Part shown: positions 25,550 to 43,201 of the stretch, in pieces
How positions within the stretch are numbered: the first letter of the stretch is position 1
Layout of the letters: every line of letters begins with the position of its first letter
From: Octopus vulgaris
Taxonomy: Eukaryota
Direction of reading: 5' to 3'
Length of the DNA: 64,000 bases
Assembly (NCBI GenBank): GCA_951406725.2
Contig: OX597814.1
Location: 58,156,001-58,220,000, forward strand
Program-made: the position numbers and the translations under genes
The notes under the pieces: model-generated
Seen by the model: only the letters and a program-made list of their open reading frames with translations
Told to the model about the DNA's origin: nothing
The model's database searches: none

Positions 25550-25973
25550 TAATAATAAAAACTACAACTATAAATGCACACACATACACGAACGTACATA
25601 CACACGCACGCACACACATATACATACACATAAACACACACAAACACACATATATATTATGTAGAACAATGACTTCAACTAATTACATTTTTTTTTGGAT
25701 AAAATTCTTTGGCACTCAAACTTGACGCACTGCAAATTTTTTATGACCTCACCAGGTTCTGATTCATTGGTAAACGAAGAAACTCTATCAATCCCTCTGC
25801 CTCTCTGTTTCCCTGTCCACCTACCTAGTTACCTACCTCTCTCTCTCTCTCTTTCTCTCTCTCTCTATATATATATCTATCTATCTATCTAGCTATCTGT
25901 CTGTTTGTCTGTCTATCTGTCTGGCTGGTTGGCTGGCTGGTTGTCTTCTGTCTGTCCGTCCGTCTGTCTGTCA

Positions 25974-26009
<36 letters not shown>

Positions 26010-26010
26010 G

Positions 26011-27022
<1,012 letters not shown>

Positions 27023-27025
27023 TCT

Positions 27026-27516
27026 GGGTGAATGTAGCAAGGATGGCACGTATGAATGACGTAGCCACCTTGAGCATAATCCTATGAACCCAGAAATTGA
27101 AAACAGAGGGTTACCCACTTGCAAACAAATGTGGTAACATATAACAATATTGAACGAGGTTACCGTGGTCTTTTTCGTAGGCTTTTCTTCCCACGGATAA
27201 ACCTGATCTGCTTCCTCCTTAAAAACCGTACATCATGACACTGTGATACACGATCCCTATTGATCGTTTTTTTCCTCTTCCAATTTTTTCCTCTTTTTTC
27301 TTCTTTCTTCCTTTTTCTTTTCTCTTGTTTCTTTTCCTTTTTTTCCTTTTGTTTTTCTTTTTTTTCTTTTTTCCCTTTTACGATCCCTTTTGATCGAAAA
27401 CCTACGCCACTTTTTTTTGTTTCTTTTGTTTTTTGTTTTTTTCATCCCCCAAAAGAAAAGCTCTACCTTGTAATTTGTGCCATCTGTGTGCAGCCCTGTG
27501 TGGCCAATAAAGAAAC

Positions 27517-27518
<2 letters not shown>
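27026..27518 (+). mobile_element. Second, shorter copy of the same Tx1-like 3' end
   Basis: Aligns with 26395-26909; begins and ends in (TCTA)n. Confidence 0.85.
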
Positions 27519-27584
<66 letters not shown>

Positions 27585-28859
27585 ATATCTATCTATCTAT
27601 CTATCTATCTACCAAGCTACCTATATATCTGTCTATTTAATTATCTGTTTCTCTGTCGCTCTTTCTGTCTGTCTGTCTGTCTGTCTCTGTCTCTCTCTCT
27701 ATCTATCTATCTATCCACACAAAAGGAATGCACCCAACCATACATGTATATATCGTAACCGACTTTTTTGTTTGCATCTTTTCCACTCTATAAGACTACT
27801 GCCTACGAAGATTTTGCAGTAACTTCGTATATATTGAATAAAACGGATGACGCACGTCTAACCGCTTTTTCCGACACCTATGTAGACGTATCTTTGAAAT
27901 ACCTATATCATTACTGACAGTTTCCTGCCTGAAGATCACTCCACCATGTGTTACACATCATTCGGATTAGCTCTAGGCATGATTCAAAAAGGGAACTAGA
28001 TGTCATCTTCAGTTTTTAAGCATTCCCTCCTCTTGGATTCATAAACTACAAGCTGCTTCTATAACAGAATTAAAATACGTACTTATACATACTCGTACAT
28101 GCCCACACGAGCCCGAATACACATATAACTATATATGCACTTACAATAATACTATTGTTTTTTACCTAAATACATGTCGACTCTCACTTGAGAGACTAAC
28201 GCATAATCTATTTAACTCTCCACAGCGCCAGCAATCACAATACTATTAATCCAGTCGCGCGCACAAAAATGGAACATACATTCACAGCTATAGCATAAAC
28301 ACACAGCAAAAGTCCCAATAATGATACTACACCACACCTACCTTTCTAAATGCAATATTCAACTAGTATTTACGCAATTATCTAAATAATTACATAAGAA
28401 ATCAATCTTAAAAATATTTCATTAGAAATTTCCTAATTATTCATATTATTATAACAGATTTTCTGTAAACAAAGATTTTCTGTAAACAAAGATTATTAAA
28501 TTAACAAATATAATTATACATAATAATGTCTATAATAAAACTAATCATAAACAATTATATATAAAGAACAAGTATAATATAAGTATACATTCAGCAATAA
28601 GCATTTAATAAATATATATATACTCGAAATAATGTTATTCTGAATAACAATTAAGATAAATTTTTTTTGGATATATAAATAAACTTTATATTAATATATA
28701 AACTTATAAAAGAGTATCCTGACGCACACAGATGCCCACGCAGACACGATATATACACTATGTACACGATAATAGTAAATAAAACTAAATTTATCACATC
28801 AATAATAAAATAACAAAAGCTTACATGCGTATATGTGCGCATACAAATGTGGGTACGCA

Positions 28860-30165
28860 TATCTTGGCTGTACAGCCACACATAGGAGGTTCAGAATATT
28901 CAGACTACAAGTTCCACACACTCACAAGCGCAGTTGCCTAATTATCAAAGAGCGACGCCTTCTGTGGCACTTGCACGCGCGTAACATCGTTCGTTCTCAC
29001 TTCTTGTTGGAGTATCATTTTCAACAAGAACTAAATAACATATTTTCCATTACTCTTGTTTCCTTCATTCAAATACACTGATGGAGGGTATTCTCTTGTT
29101 TGCACGTCGCTGAACAGTTTTCAGACGATTAATATCCTGGGCAAGATAGGGGTTCCAGACCGGTGATGCAAATTCCAGATGAGGCCGCACCATAGCTATA
29201 TAAATAGAGATAGATAGCTGGATACGGCTCACAAAGGACTTTCTAAGTGATTCCAAGACACCCTCAGCCTTCTTGGCAATTTTAGCAATGTGCTTTGTTA
29301 AACGCAAATTGCTGTCGACAATAATGCACAGGTCACGTTCACAAGAAGACTTTTTGAGATTAGTGTTGTGGAGGGAGTAAGTAGACGCTGGGTTTTCCTC
29401 CCAAAATGCATGGTGGTACATTTGTCCACAGCCACCTTGAGCTGCCAGTTCATGATCCACTGCTGCATTGTGTCCAGGTCTGACCGCAATAAAGATTTAT
29501 AGTGTACAGTATCTGTCCTCTTTATTTCCAGGTACAGCTTGATATCATCTGCATATTTCAGCACTGTGGCATTCTTTAAGTTGGCATCTATATCGTTAAC
29601 ATATCCAACAAATAAAAGGGGGCCAAGAACAGATCTTTGTGGTACACCAGATGTCATCTCATAGGGTGAAGAGTGCTCTCCTAGAACTGTGACAACTTCT
29701 TTTCGGCCGATAATGAAGGATTTCAACCAGTTATAGAGATCATCTCTTACACCCATTGCAGAGAGTGTCACCATACGTTTTTTGTGTGGAACAGAATTAA
29801 AAGCCTTAGCAAAGTCCAGGTAAACGACATCCACCCAGGAGCCGCCATCAGTAATTCGCGTAATGTCCTCAAGGAACTCGATGAGTTGATTAACAGCAAC
29901 TGGAGTTAGAAATAAATCCAAATTTTGACGGTTGGATGAGGCTGTGAGACTTCCAGAAGTTCCAGGGGGTTTCTCTGATACAGGATTCCATCAGTTTGGC
30001 GATGCAGCTAGTAAGACTGACGGGGTGATAGTTGACAGGCGATGTGCGGTTACCTTTTTTGAACAGAGGGATAACACTTCCAATTTTCCACTGCTCTAGA
30101 GTAACACCATTTTCAAGACGGAATTGAAAGAATAGTGAAAGATGGCTTAGAAGAAAACCCACCGC
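28860..30165 (-). mobile_element. CR1-group LINE RT remnant
   Basis: PLFKKG..NYHPVSLTS, VVYLDFAKAFNSVPH, SGVPQRSVLGPLLF, YADDIKL and VRPHLEFASPVWNP; frameshifted. Confidence 0.92.
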
Positions 30166-30399
30166 GTAGGTATTATCTAGCTTTTAATAATATGGATCTA
30201 TAAACTGACGTTTTAGACAGTTAAAGAAAATAATCTAACTCTGATGAAATCATAATGCGTGAGTAAACTAGTTCAGTTCACACACTGTTTGTATAGGCAA
30301 CCGTAAACAACTCTCTGTGGTATAGAAAGAGATCAGTTTACGCCTGGTTATAAACAAATATTGTTTCTAAGGTGTTTCGTTTTAGTGCTGTGTGACTAT

Positions 30400-30620
30400 T
30401 TATTTCTAAGACCATTTGATAACAGAGTAGATACGACAGAAATTGCAAAAAATGAGAAGTATAAGGACTTATAAAGAGAGGTGAAGATATGGAAAACTAA
30501 AGCGACATTTGTTCTAGTAGCAACTGGGGCAATTGTCATAACGATTAAACAACTATACACTCTCGAACCCCAGAAAATTTCAAACATATTTTTTGCAGAA
30601 ATCCTACGATGGAATCTTGA
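30400..30620 (+). mobile_element. R4/Dong-type endonuclease-end fragment
   Basis: EKYKDL*REVKIWKTKATFVLVATGAI resembles KYxDLxxE..W..VPVVxGALG. Confidence 0.5.
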
Positions 30621-31384
30621 ATTTTTAAGTGACTTGTTAACAAGCCAGAAGACAACAACATCCCTGATAATTAATGTTATCTGTATTAGTTATATATTTC
30701 TTTACTACCCACAAGGGACTAAACACAGAGGGGACAAACAAGGACAACGACAGACGAAATACGGCTACGAATTTCGCCCGGCGTGCTAACGTTTCTACCA
30801 GCTCGAGCAATAAGAGTATATTGCGATGGAAGCTGCACTTCCTTGAATCCTACAGCTAGATTTCAAGTTGTTGATTATTCAAATGATTAATGAAAGATAG
30901 CAAACAAACGGTATGTAAGCAAATGTCTTCGGAAACAATGAGATTTGTTATGTTAAGAGTTCGTTATGATTGGTGGTTGTCGAAAAATACAGTAGAATAC
31001 ATGTCACATTCCATTTATAGTTTGTGAAGGCATCAGAATATTTCCTTCTCTTCAGTATGAAATAAGGAATCACATATAAATATGTACACCGGAACGAGGA
31101 AATTAACCATTGTTCAAGAATGAATTCTTAGTCTTGATGAATGTGTTAAACTTTCTCATAAATGGGACATTTATTCAACGCACAGCAAATCCATATGTAA
31201 CAAATATTAATATTCCCAATGCTGGGTATTCTGCTTAATGTATACATGAAGTTATAAAGGCATAATTAGGTAGAATGTTTTGAACTCACCGCCCCGAACA
31301 TTACTTTTCCGATATCAGCTCGCTGTAGATATATAATATTAATATTTCTGATTCACACATATGCGCAGCACTTCGTTGATTCTT

Positions 31385-31492
31385 ACCTACCTACCTACCT
31401 ACCTACCTACCTACCTACCTACCTACCTACCTACCTACCTACCTACCTACCTACCTACCTACCTACCTACCTATCTACCTACCTACCTCCCT
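31385..31492. repeat. (CTAC)n microsatellite
   Basis: Direct reading. Confidence 0.95.
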
Positions 31493-32462
31493 ACAAATAT
31501 ACATATATACATACATATATTAGCATTTTTCTTTCTCGATTTCGAGATTACCAGCAAAATAGCATATCTATCTATAAACTAAGCGTACCAAAGCATAACT
31601 TGCAATGAAAAATTTATACTTATCCCATATCCCTGCCATTCATAATGCATGTAAGTTGAACCGCATATGAAAAAATGTATACCTAATATATAGTTGTAAA
31701 ATATACACTTGCATTTCATGTAAGCATATATATATGCAAGTATGCGTGTGTGTGCAATACTTTCGTGTATATATACACATATAAATCTGCGTGTCTTTCA
31801 ATGCATTGATATCTATGAGATACCTGCACTTTTCCTACTTCATAGATTTTGATCACACTCATTGCAATCGTTAACTGTCTACTTTCGAAAAGCTCTAACT
31901 TATAACCAACTATGAATATACAGTACTCTCATTAGATGCAACATGTAAATCCATACTCTACGATAAAACTGAGTTTCGAAGTAGCTACTGCGAAATTCAG
32001 AATATCAGTAAATGTATTTGTGGCAAACTATAATATTTTTTTGTGTGTTTAGGCAGTTGTAAAACGCATTAGGAATAAAGATGCCATATAAATGTATGAA
32101 TTTGAATTCCGCTATTCCAAAATGCGGAGGATGCGATGTTGAGAGTGATGGAAGGAAATCTTTCAAAAGTGATATTCCCTTTTATTTGAAAGCAACACAT
32201 ATATATATTGGATTAATTTTTTTGTGATTAAATATTAACGCTGTTTCCCTAATATATAGAAATATGTTCACGATTAAAAAAATACTAACAGTGTACGAAA
32301 CTTAAACGTCTTAATCAGTTCAGTGTCCCTCTCATCAATATTTGTATATGTATATATATATGTGTGTGTGTGTGTGTGTGCGTGTGTGTGTGTGTGAATG
32401 TGTGTGTGAGTGTGTGTGCGCGTGTGCGTGTGTGTATGTGTATGTGTGTATGAATGTATATA

Positions 32463-32536
<74 letters not shown>

Positions 32537-34221
32537 AGCGTATGTGGGAGTGTGTGTGTGCGTGTGTGTATGTGTGTATGAATGTATATATATATATATA
32601 TATATTAACGTTATATGTATATTAGTAGAAAGACCACCCACCGGGCGGTTTTCTTTTAGCCACTTGATAATATTTTCACATTTGATTCCCAATTCTAATA
32701 ATATTTATGATATTTTACATCTAATTATTTCTTTGCATGATAGTGCTCATTTTCTTAGTAAATATTGCTTACATTATTTTACCACAGTCATAATCTCTGT
32801 TTTTTAAACAAACATCAAGCTAGTTCAAATACGGAGGGGGAGCAGTTTGTTAAGCTTTATTTTCCCCTCAAAGCAACATAGAGAGTTCAATTCAGCCACC
32901 CATCTGTAAGCTTTGTTGTGTGTGTGAAAGAGTGGGGAGAGAACATTGCAAACAATGGATGAAATAAACATGAAATGAAAAATCGTATAAATAAAAGGGC
33001 ATAACTACATATGGATACGCCCTTGATTCGTTGCCTCAAACATCCAGAAAAATGGATACATTTTAATGAATGTTTCTACATATACCGGTTAGATGCTGTG
33101 GCTTCAGAATATATAGGGATTTATGAGAAAGAATTATTCTGAGGTGTTGGAGAGAGGAGTTTGGGAAAATTCACGCGATCCGAATTTTCTTTCATAGCTT
33201 CCAGGAAATGGGTATCTTTTAATGAAAGTTTATAAAAAGCATACATTACGATTATATAGAAAGTTGAGGGGAAATCATTTCCGACAGGTGAGGAGAGAAG
33301 TTTCGGATCAAATATCAAGACTAAATATGTTAGAACTACTCCGTTTTGACAGGGTTGTTACTCATTTTTCTTTAAACCACAGACTTTCATATGGTGGGGC
33401 AACTTTATATAAAAAATGTTTTGAAAAATGTTTAACCCTCCTCTCCCACATCATCCCACTCCGGACCGATTGCTTCTGTTTATAAATTAAAATATTGGAG
33501 AACCTGAGAATGTTATTGCTGGTATTTATCCACAGTGATTTAAAGATAGAGTTATACAAACGATAATTCATTTTAATAGCATACATTTTCTGTTAGAAAA
33601 TGTTCCTCCCATAGTTTTTAAATTCTAAAAATGGCCAAAATCGGTCCGGATAGTTATTATTGCGAGGTTTATAGCGTTCCAAACAGCCATAAGAACGAAA
33701 TCATTTCTTTTTTGTTTTTTTTACAAAAATTATACTAGTATATTAAAAAAACAGCCAAATCTCCATCTTATTCTGTACGCAGTTTTTACCTTTTAAATCG
33801 ACAAAGATTTGGTTGAATTGTGCTCGTGGTCTTTAAACATGCCATGTCAATCGGACTTAGATACATGTGATTGAAATGTATACTTCTGAATCACAATTTG
33901 TCCTAGTATTTCGAAACAACTAACAAACTAGAAAGAAAGTTTCTACATTGTCAATTACTTTATTAGAGATAGTAACCATTACAATTACAACCTGATAAAT
34001 AGACTTAAAAATTGCGAGGTGCTTATATCTAGGGAGTTTACATTGCTGTAATGTCGTTTCAATCTGATTACCTAAATGATCAAAATAGTTTGTATATTTT
34101 AAGGTAAGTAGTACATCATGGACCTCTTAAATCTTGCAAACAGCCGAAAATTACAGAACAAATATGGAGAGAATTGATTGAAACTTCGGGAATCCGTGAT
34201 ATAAACATGGTCTGATCATAT

Positions 34222-34408
34222 TCTTTTCTACTCAAGGCCCGAAAGTTTTGGCGAGGTGGCACCAGTACGCAAGTGATACTTAATCTATTGACCTGAAAGA
34301 ATGAAAGGCAAAGTCGACTTCGGCGGAATTTGAACTCATAACGTAAAGACAGACGAAATACGGCTAAGCATTTCGCCCAGCGAGCTAACGTTTCTGTCAG
34401 CTCGCCAT
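34222..34408 (-). mobile_element. SINE family A
   Basis: ATGAAAGGCAAAGTCGACTTCGGCGGAATTTGAACTC..GCTAAGCATTTCGCCC..CAGCTCGCC. Confidence 0.85.
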
Positions 34409-37400
34409 CTTGTGGTCTGATCCTATTAAACAACGACAAAACATAACTACGAAATGGAACAATTAATAACAGTTCCAAAGATTTAATTGTTTTGGATAAT
34501 GGTTTTGGTAACACAGTAAGCATTCCGAGGGATATTGGATATATTGGGAACAGCACCAAATGTAAGCGATCTAACATCAGATTTCTTTTAAATCTTAGCA
34601 GTGGTCTTTCATACTTTTGTAATTTAAACTAAAATATTCAGAAGATTTCTTACACTGTATTTCTATTCCTACATTGGTCAATGTGCAGTAAAATGATAAA
34701 AATAAATTATGTGTATATCAGTTAATATTAGCCTGTTAGTTATATGCGCATTTAAAACGATACAAGATGGAGCAACCCCAAAACATGGTAAATGGAACAG
34801 TACAAAACCTGTGGATAGTAATTTCGAAGTGGCTTTCTATGCTTCCTTGCCTACATTTTATATGGATTTGGTGACGTATTCACTATCTCTAATATCTCCT
34901 TGTAGCATTAATTGCCTCAGATACTATAGCAAAGCATTTTCTTCTTTGAATTACTTTCTAACTTCTAAAACAATTTCTTTTATATTCATCTCATTTTTTA
35001 TGTAAACTTCCTGTGTTCTGCTTTGCAGATATGAATGATGCCTATGTGATCGTTTAGGTATTTATATAGAAATGTGTATGCATATTACATATGCTGAGCT
35101 TGTTATTATTTCATGCATGATATATAACTTCAACACAGAAATAGTTCAATTTACAATATGCATTGACTTGTATTCCTTCCCCGCTACAAAGCGGTAAAAC
35201 GTTGTCATATGCTTTCGATTATTAATCGAGTTTGATGTTTCCAAGAAGTAGTTGCTGAGAAATACTGCAAACCAGTTGCAAGAAGAAAACAATAATACGT
35301 AGATATAGAACGTGTTAAGTAAACCAAAGTATACATATCAAAAGAAGTTACAACATGTCAAATACATATATTTGAGAATAAAAAAAATTCACCGTGAGCA
35401 ATGTGTATGACCATGTATACTATGCAAGTTTGTAGATCCATACAGAATTTAACAAAAGTTTGCTGATAAGTAAGTAATTTAAGTTCTCTGAAAAAAAAAA
35501 AGCACATTTTACAAGAGATTGTTGTGTCAAAACAGACAGAGTTACAATTTTATGAAAGTGTATGCGGTTGAAAACATACATAAAGCTAGCAAAATTTACT
35601 AGCAGAACAAAAAATTATAGTATGCAAACATGCAGAGTGGTTCTCACTGAAATTATTTTATTACTGTTTATAACTATAAAAAATGTATTGGCTCAAATTG
35701 ATACATGCATTCTTGAAGTAGAACGCACTAAAGACAAATACATTAATTTTTATGTCATGGCTATACTTAACCAATCAGAAATAGTATATTTTGTGAACTG
35801 CCGATGAAGCTGGTAGTGAGCCATTTGAATGTGTCTGGATTATATAACACAGTGAAACTATATTACGCGTACACACACATACATGCGTACTTACATGTAT
35901 ACATATAGCTGTATATAGACTGAGAAAACATATATTCTCTGTATTGTTTGAGCTTAAAAGTTGCCGATTTAAAAACTATCAGTTCCAATCAAGCAATTCA
36001 CACGAGGGAATTATCAAGCGAGTTGTGTGAACAAGGAGATTATTTTATTATCATTGAGTTTTATACTGAAGTGCTTATTTTTTTTCTAGAGTGAATCATA
36101 TGAGTGACAAAACTTAAGAGGATGTTAATGTATTTTGGGTAACTAAAGCTATCAGTGCAATATATTTCTACACACGCCGTCCGTAGACACATTGCTATAA
36201 CGCTAAAATTTTACATCAAGGGGATCTGCTTCTCTAAGATTCTAACTGTATTAATGCTGCCGATATTTGTGCAAAGTCATTGATATCTATATGAGAGTAA
36301 ATCCTCTAGTTTTTTAAAGAACGGTATGGTGTTTCTATATGGTCATATATTTCCCCTGGAATATTTTCTAGGAAAGTAACTATAACTAGAAACCGTTGAT
36401 TCATATTACGTAGGAACGTAAGAACACTGAGGTATTTTTGCTGGGAAATCACGTTGCATGATTTGAGTTGCATCATTTCCTCATGCGAGGAGACGAGACA
36501 TAGAGATGTCGTGGCATTTATAATGAATATCAGAGGGGTTAGCTCGGTGAGTGAATTAACTTCAACAAAAATAACACAAAAGTATTACTCAGTCAGTAGA
36601 CACACAAAATATCATTGGAAAATACATATTACACATAAATATATTCCCAGGAAAATGTAGTTTCCATCAGGTTTCTTCGTTGTGAGTGTCGTTGGAAGGT
36701 GTGAAATACAATAGATAGAAAGTAAAAGGAAATAACACAGACATTACATACTAGTGTCATGTATTTCATATAATATATTTCGATAAGTAGACGAGGAATG
36801 AATATGCTTGCGTTTGATGTGCACTTAGAATAGTATTTCGATATGAATTAGGAATTTGCTGTTTAATATCGCGTGATTCAACGAATTCACGAGTATTGTT
36901 TGTTTCACCGGTGGGAGTCAGTGTTTAGTGTATGCGTGTGTTTATATGTTTATTTGATATATATATATATATAATGTATTATATACGTCTATTTGTTTTT
37001 GATCTATATCTGCTTTAATCTTTGCAAATGTACAAGCTTACACGTACTTGCTCATATAGAATATTATGTATTTATATTTTAGCACAGAAAGACATGATGT
37101 GTGTGGGCGTCAACATATGTATGACTACATACAAGAATTTCACTTTATTTTAGTTTCTTTTTGTCTGCACGAACACATATAGAATCCTTCTATAGCACGC
37201 ACATGCATGAACACATGCTTTAATTTATATTTGGTATCAGTGCTGTATTGTACTTTGCTGAATATTATCACATCATTTCATATCAAGAAACTTTCCTTTA
37301 AGTTTTCCATTTCCTTATGCAACTATCGGAAAAAAACTGTCTCTTTTTATCTATTTATGTATACGATATAAAATTATGTATACGATTATGTATACGATAT

Positions 37401-37888
37401 AAAATATAACCTGCATTGCTTTATGTGATTTTGCGCATGTGCACAAGGCGTATTTGTATAATACTTTTCGTCTATGTGTTTCAGTGAGTTAGATATTTTC
37501 CTTGTATCTTAAATATGTCAAACATCAATTGTCATAATACATTTTTACACATCAAATAAGCGATGCTTTATTTTACTAAGACGATTTCTCAGATATCTGT
37601 TACTGCATAGAATAAATACTGATACTCTAACACAGAGTAGATAAAAAGTTTCTCGTGTGTCATCCACAGTGTTATCACAATGAGAGCGAAATTGGAAATT
37701 CTGTGCAAAACCTCTGTATATCGTAACATCGAATACCTTAAAACTTTGTACACAAAATATTGTGCACACATACGGACTTACATATATAGAAGTAAGATTA
37801 CATCGAAGATATACAAATATTTTTCCATAGTTGGAAAAATTACACTTGCATGCATTTATGTATGTATGTGTGTGTGTGTGTGTGTATG

Positions 37889-38097
37889 TATTCGGTTTGC
37901 AAGATTTTTTATGCGAATTCGTGTGTTGAGGTATATTTTATTGTGTTTATGGAGAGTCATTCTTTTTTAGTGCCTTATTAATTAACACACACACACACCG
38001 ATTCGATTTCCACTCATTTACTTATTTATTTCTAATAAAATTTTCGTTGCTTCTTGCAACATCATCAATAGTCGACTATTGAAGAGATTGCAAGAAT
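37889..38097. repeat. Dispersed repeat (PLE-LTR-like) ending in a palindrome; second copy at 63497-63653
   Basis: Shared GGAGAGTCATTCT..GTGCCTTATTAATT..CACTCATTTACTTATTTA..TTCGTTGC..TTGCA. Confidence 0.6.
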
Positions 38098-39049
38098 TTT
38101 CATTGCTAATCTATGGATTATTTTACAAATTTAAGGGTTATTCTTAGAAAAACACAGAGATTTTAGTTTTTTTCCATATTTCTTTTATTGTATTTTAATT
38201 TTATATTACTTTGACTTTTATATTACTTACATTATTTACAATTGACGGGTCTTTGTCCTCATCATGTTTGTTGTTAACACAAAGGTTCGGCTGATATACC
38301 TTCTATCCTTCATCAGGTGTCTTGGGGAAATAAATTATATTTATTTTATTTCATTTTATCTTTATGTTTTGATGTTCTATCATATTTTATTTTATTATAT
38401 TTATTATACTTGCATACTTTATTCATCTTTATATTAATGTTTGTATTTATTTACTTATTCATGTCTCCTAATCATAAAGCATGGTATATAGTACATTCAC
38501 AAATATTCCAAACATTCCAGTCAAATAAAATCTCAATACATAGTTTTTAATTTTTAACCTGCTAATACTATACACTTCCCTGGAAAGATTAGAATGATTG
38601 CTTAAATTGCGTTATCACTTTTTGATCCATGACGAAGTCCTACCACAATATAGCTTGAATGTAGCTACTTCCTACATAAAAACTTATGCTTGGAAATTCC
38701 CAACAACAAGATGGTTCGACCGAAACTTATATGTAGATTCTTTTTCCTGTTTATATATTTTAACTTATTTTCCCTTGTGCTTTCAAATTCCAATGAATTT
38801 ATTTCTTTGTAATGTTTTTTTCAAGAAAAAAGCCTTCGTTTTATAACAGGTAAATAAATCAGTAATTACATCCATTTCTTCTCCATTTTCTTATTTCCCT
38901 CAATATTGATAATTTCAAGAACCCTAAACATACGCCAATGACTTTCCCATTATATGATACGTATTAAAACAGTGGTATACCTTGGATTATATAATCCATA
39001 ATGAGGATGTAACTTCCTTGAATTAACTGTATATATATATATATATATA

Positions 39050-39854
39050 CGAGGTCTAATCAATAAGAATCCGGACATTTGCCATAGTAACGAAGCTAAG
39101 GCACAAAAAGTAAAGCTGCTTGGCAAAAATTGACCTTGAACTTTGCCTTGTATGCGCACTAAGTTTTAAAGTGGTAGCTCACTTCCGTTGTTTACAGCAA
39201 TGCTTGGAAGGAGGATGTGTAGCGTGTGAACGTCGCATTGACCATGAGAAAGTTGTCATGGCGATACCTGCTCAGAGGCCAACACAAAATTGCAAAAAGT
39301 TTATGGAAAGCAGTGTTGGCGCAGGACACAAGTGTACGAGTGGGTTAGACGTTTCCAAGATGGCCGAAAAAATGTCAATATTGACGAACGTTCTGGGAGA
39401 TCTGCAACCAGCAGAACTGAGAAAAACATCGCAGACGTGAATGCTGCTGTGAGGAGAAATGTCGAATCAGAATCCATGGATTTTCAGAGGATATGCAGAT
39501 GAGTTACGGTTAATTAAATCTTTTATCACTGAGGATTTGGGTTTGAGACGTGTGTCTGCCAAGTATTGTATCGAAAACGATAAAAACTTTTTGAAAGCCT
39601 TGCGTATGTCCTTGAGCAGGTATTGCGAAGCTTTTGGCAAAATTTAATTCTCTGTCATGGTCAATGCGACGATCACACGCTATACACATTCCTCCGAAAC
39701 ACTGGTGTAAACAGCGGAAGTGAGCTACATCGTCAGAACTTAGTGCACATGCACAGGATAGGATAGTTCAAGGTCAATCTGTGGCAAGCGGCTTTACTCT
39801 CCGTGCTTTAGATTTGTTTCTAAGCAACAATATCGTTGCTTAATAATCAGACCA

Positions 39855-39856
<2 letters not shown>
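39050..39856 (+). mobile_element. Internally deleted mariner with long inverted ends
   Basis: HTH segment RTQVYEWVRRFQDGRKNVNIDERSGR; ATTGACCTTGAAC/GTTCAAGGTCAAT and GTAGCTCACTTCCG/CGGAAGTGAGCTAC are inverted; TA flanks. Confidence 0.85.
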
Positions 39857-41912
<2,056 letters not shown>

Positions 41913-42267
41913 ATATGTATATATGTATGTGTGTGTATAATATTTTGGACTAATGAGTATAGGTCAATTAGTGTGCTAGTGTATTGAGTAAAGCAGTGGC
42001 ACATTTTGGGCAGTTACCGGATGTCATCAGCAGTTGGGGTATATTTCCATTGGATCTACTTCAGGAATTGTGCAGTTTTAGTTGAGATAATAATTGATTA
42101 ACTAAACAGAAGATCGTATCGACCTATCCTGCAGGTGATCTTTATAGGTCGGATGCTGTGCATCATACTATGTCGCATCATTAAGTGGTGTCTCGCTAAG
42201 CGGGCACATGACAACATGACTGCCGAAAATCAGGATCTTTAGCGAGAAACCACTTTATGTATAAATG

Positions 42268-42347
<80 letters not shown>

Positions 42348-42348
<1 letters not shown>

Positions 42349-42840
42349 TAGCAGTATCGCCCGGCGTTGCTCGGGTTTGTAAGGGAAATAACTATATAAG
42401 CATTTTTAGAGAGTTACTTCTCTTATAAATTCGGGCTTTCTTAGCCATTTTTGTTTTGGTGTCTTCAAGCCATGAAGTCGTTGTTCTAAAAGAACGCTGG
42501 TTTCCTTCACAACGCATTACGACGTTGATTTCTTTACACTCCCTTCCCCACAGCTTCACGAGGGAGGGAAGGGGGAGAAGCAAACAGGTGCAGCTGTGAG
42601 CGTGGACGCCAACTCCGCCGCCATCGACATACGATGCATTTTATGCATTAAAATGGAATAAAAAATGATGCTAAATTATTTTTAAAATCGTAGACTCATC
42701 GTTGACGCGCGCTAATAGTCAGACGGGCTCGATATGAATCACGAATATAAGATACCCGAATTTGGTTAAATCTTTGCACCGCAAAATGTGGGAGGAGTTA
42801 GGAATCTAAATCGAAGGGGACAGACACTCACACAACTAGA

Positions 42841-42852
<12 letters not shown>
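42348..42852 (-). mobile_element. Non-autonomous Helitron, long variant
   Basis: CTAGCAGTATCGCCCGGCGTTGCTCGGG is the reverse complement of the 3' end at 11012-11039; extra ~200-bp internal segment; (TA)n on both sides. Confidence 0.85.
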
Positions 42853-42889
<37 letters not shown>

Positions 42890-43028
42890 TTAAATTAATA
42901 ATAAAAGGGTAAAGTTTATTAATTATATTAATTATTTAATTGATCAATTAATTAATAATTTTACCAAGTAGATCAGTACGTTAAAATAAACTTTATAGGT
43001 AAAATTATCCACATAATTATAATTAGCG

Positions 43029-43201
43029 TTCAGCTAATTGCTTCACCACATACCGAATTTAGAAATAGAAGTTAAGAATTTTCACTTACATTTTTGCCTT
43101 CGTAAAAATGTATGTTACGGTCATGGAGATTCTTATAGTAGCAGAAAAGAAATTTTAACTCCTATTTCTAAATTCGGTATGTGGTGAAGCAATTAGCTGA
43201 A
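43029..43201. repeat. Inverted repeat with ~53-bp arms
   Basis: TTCAGCTAATTGCTTCACCACATACCGAATTTAGAAATAG / CTATTTCTAAATTCGGTATGTGGTGAAGCAATTAGCTGAA. Confidence 0.9.

Noticed and set aside
33050-33740. Possible non-autonomous DNA transposon debris (also ~2030-2780)
   Set aside because: Could not define termini, TIRs or coding motifs
34750-34930. QDGATPKH..SPCSINCLRYY resembling Tc1 QDGAPxH..SPDLNPLDY
   Set aside because: Too degenerate to support without a translated search
35008-35065. Possible micro-exon (polypyrimidine-CAG...GTATTT); similar acceptor-like site near 15566
   Set aside because: Splice-like motifs alone are common by chance; no coding or transcript evidence
38624-38740. ATGACGA..GACC-GAAAC-TTATAT-GTA-GATTC hammerhead-like 3' half
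   Set aside because: 5' core is not CUGANGA and stem I is unconvincing; possibly a truncated relic
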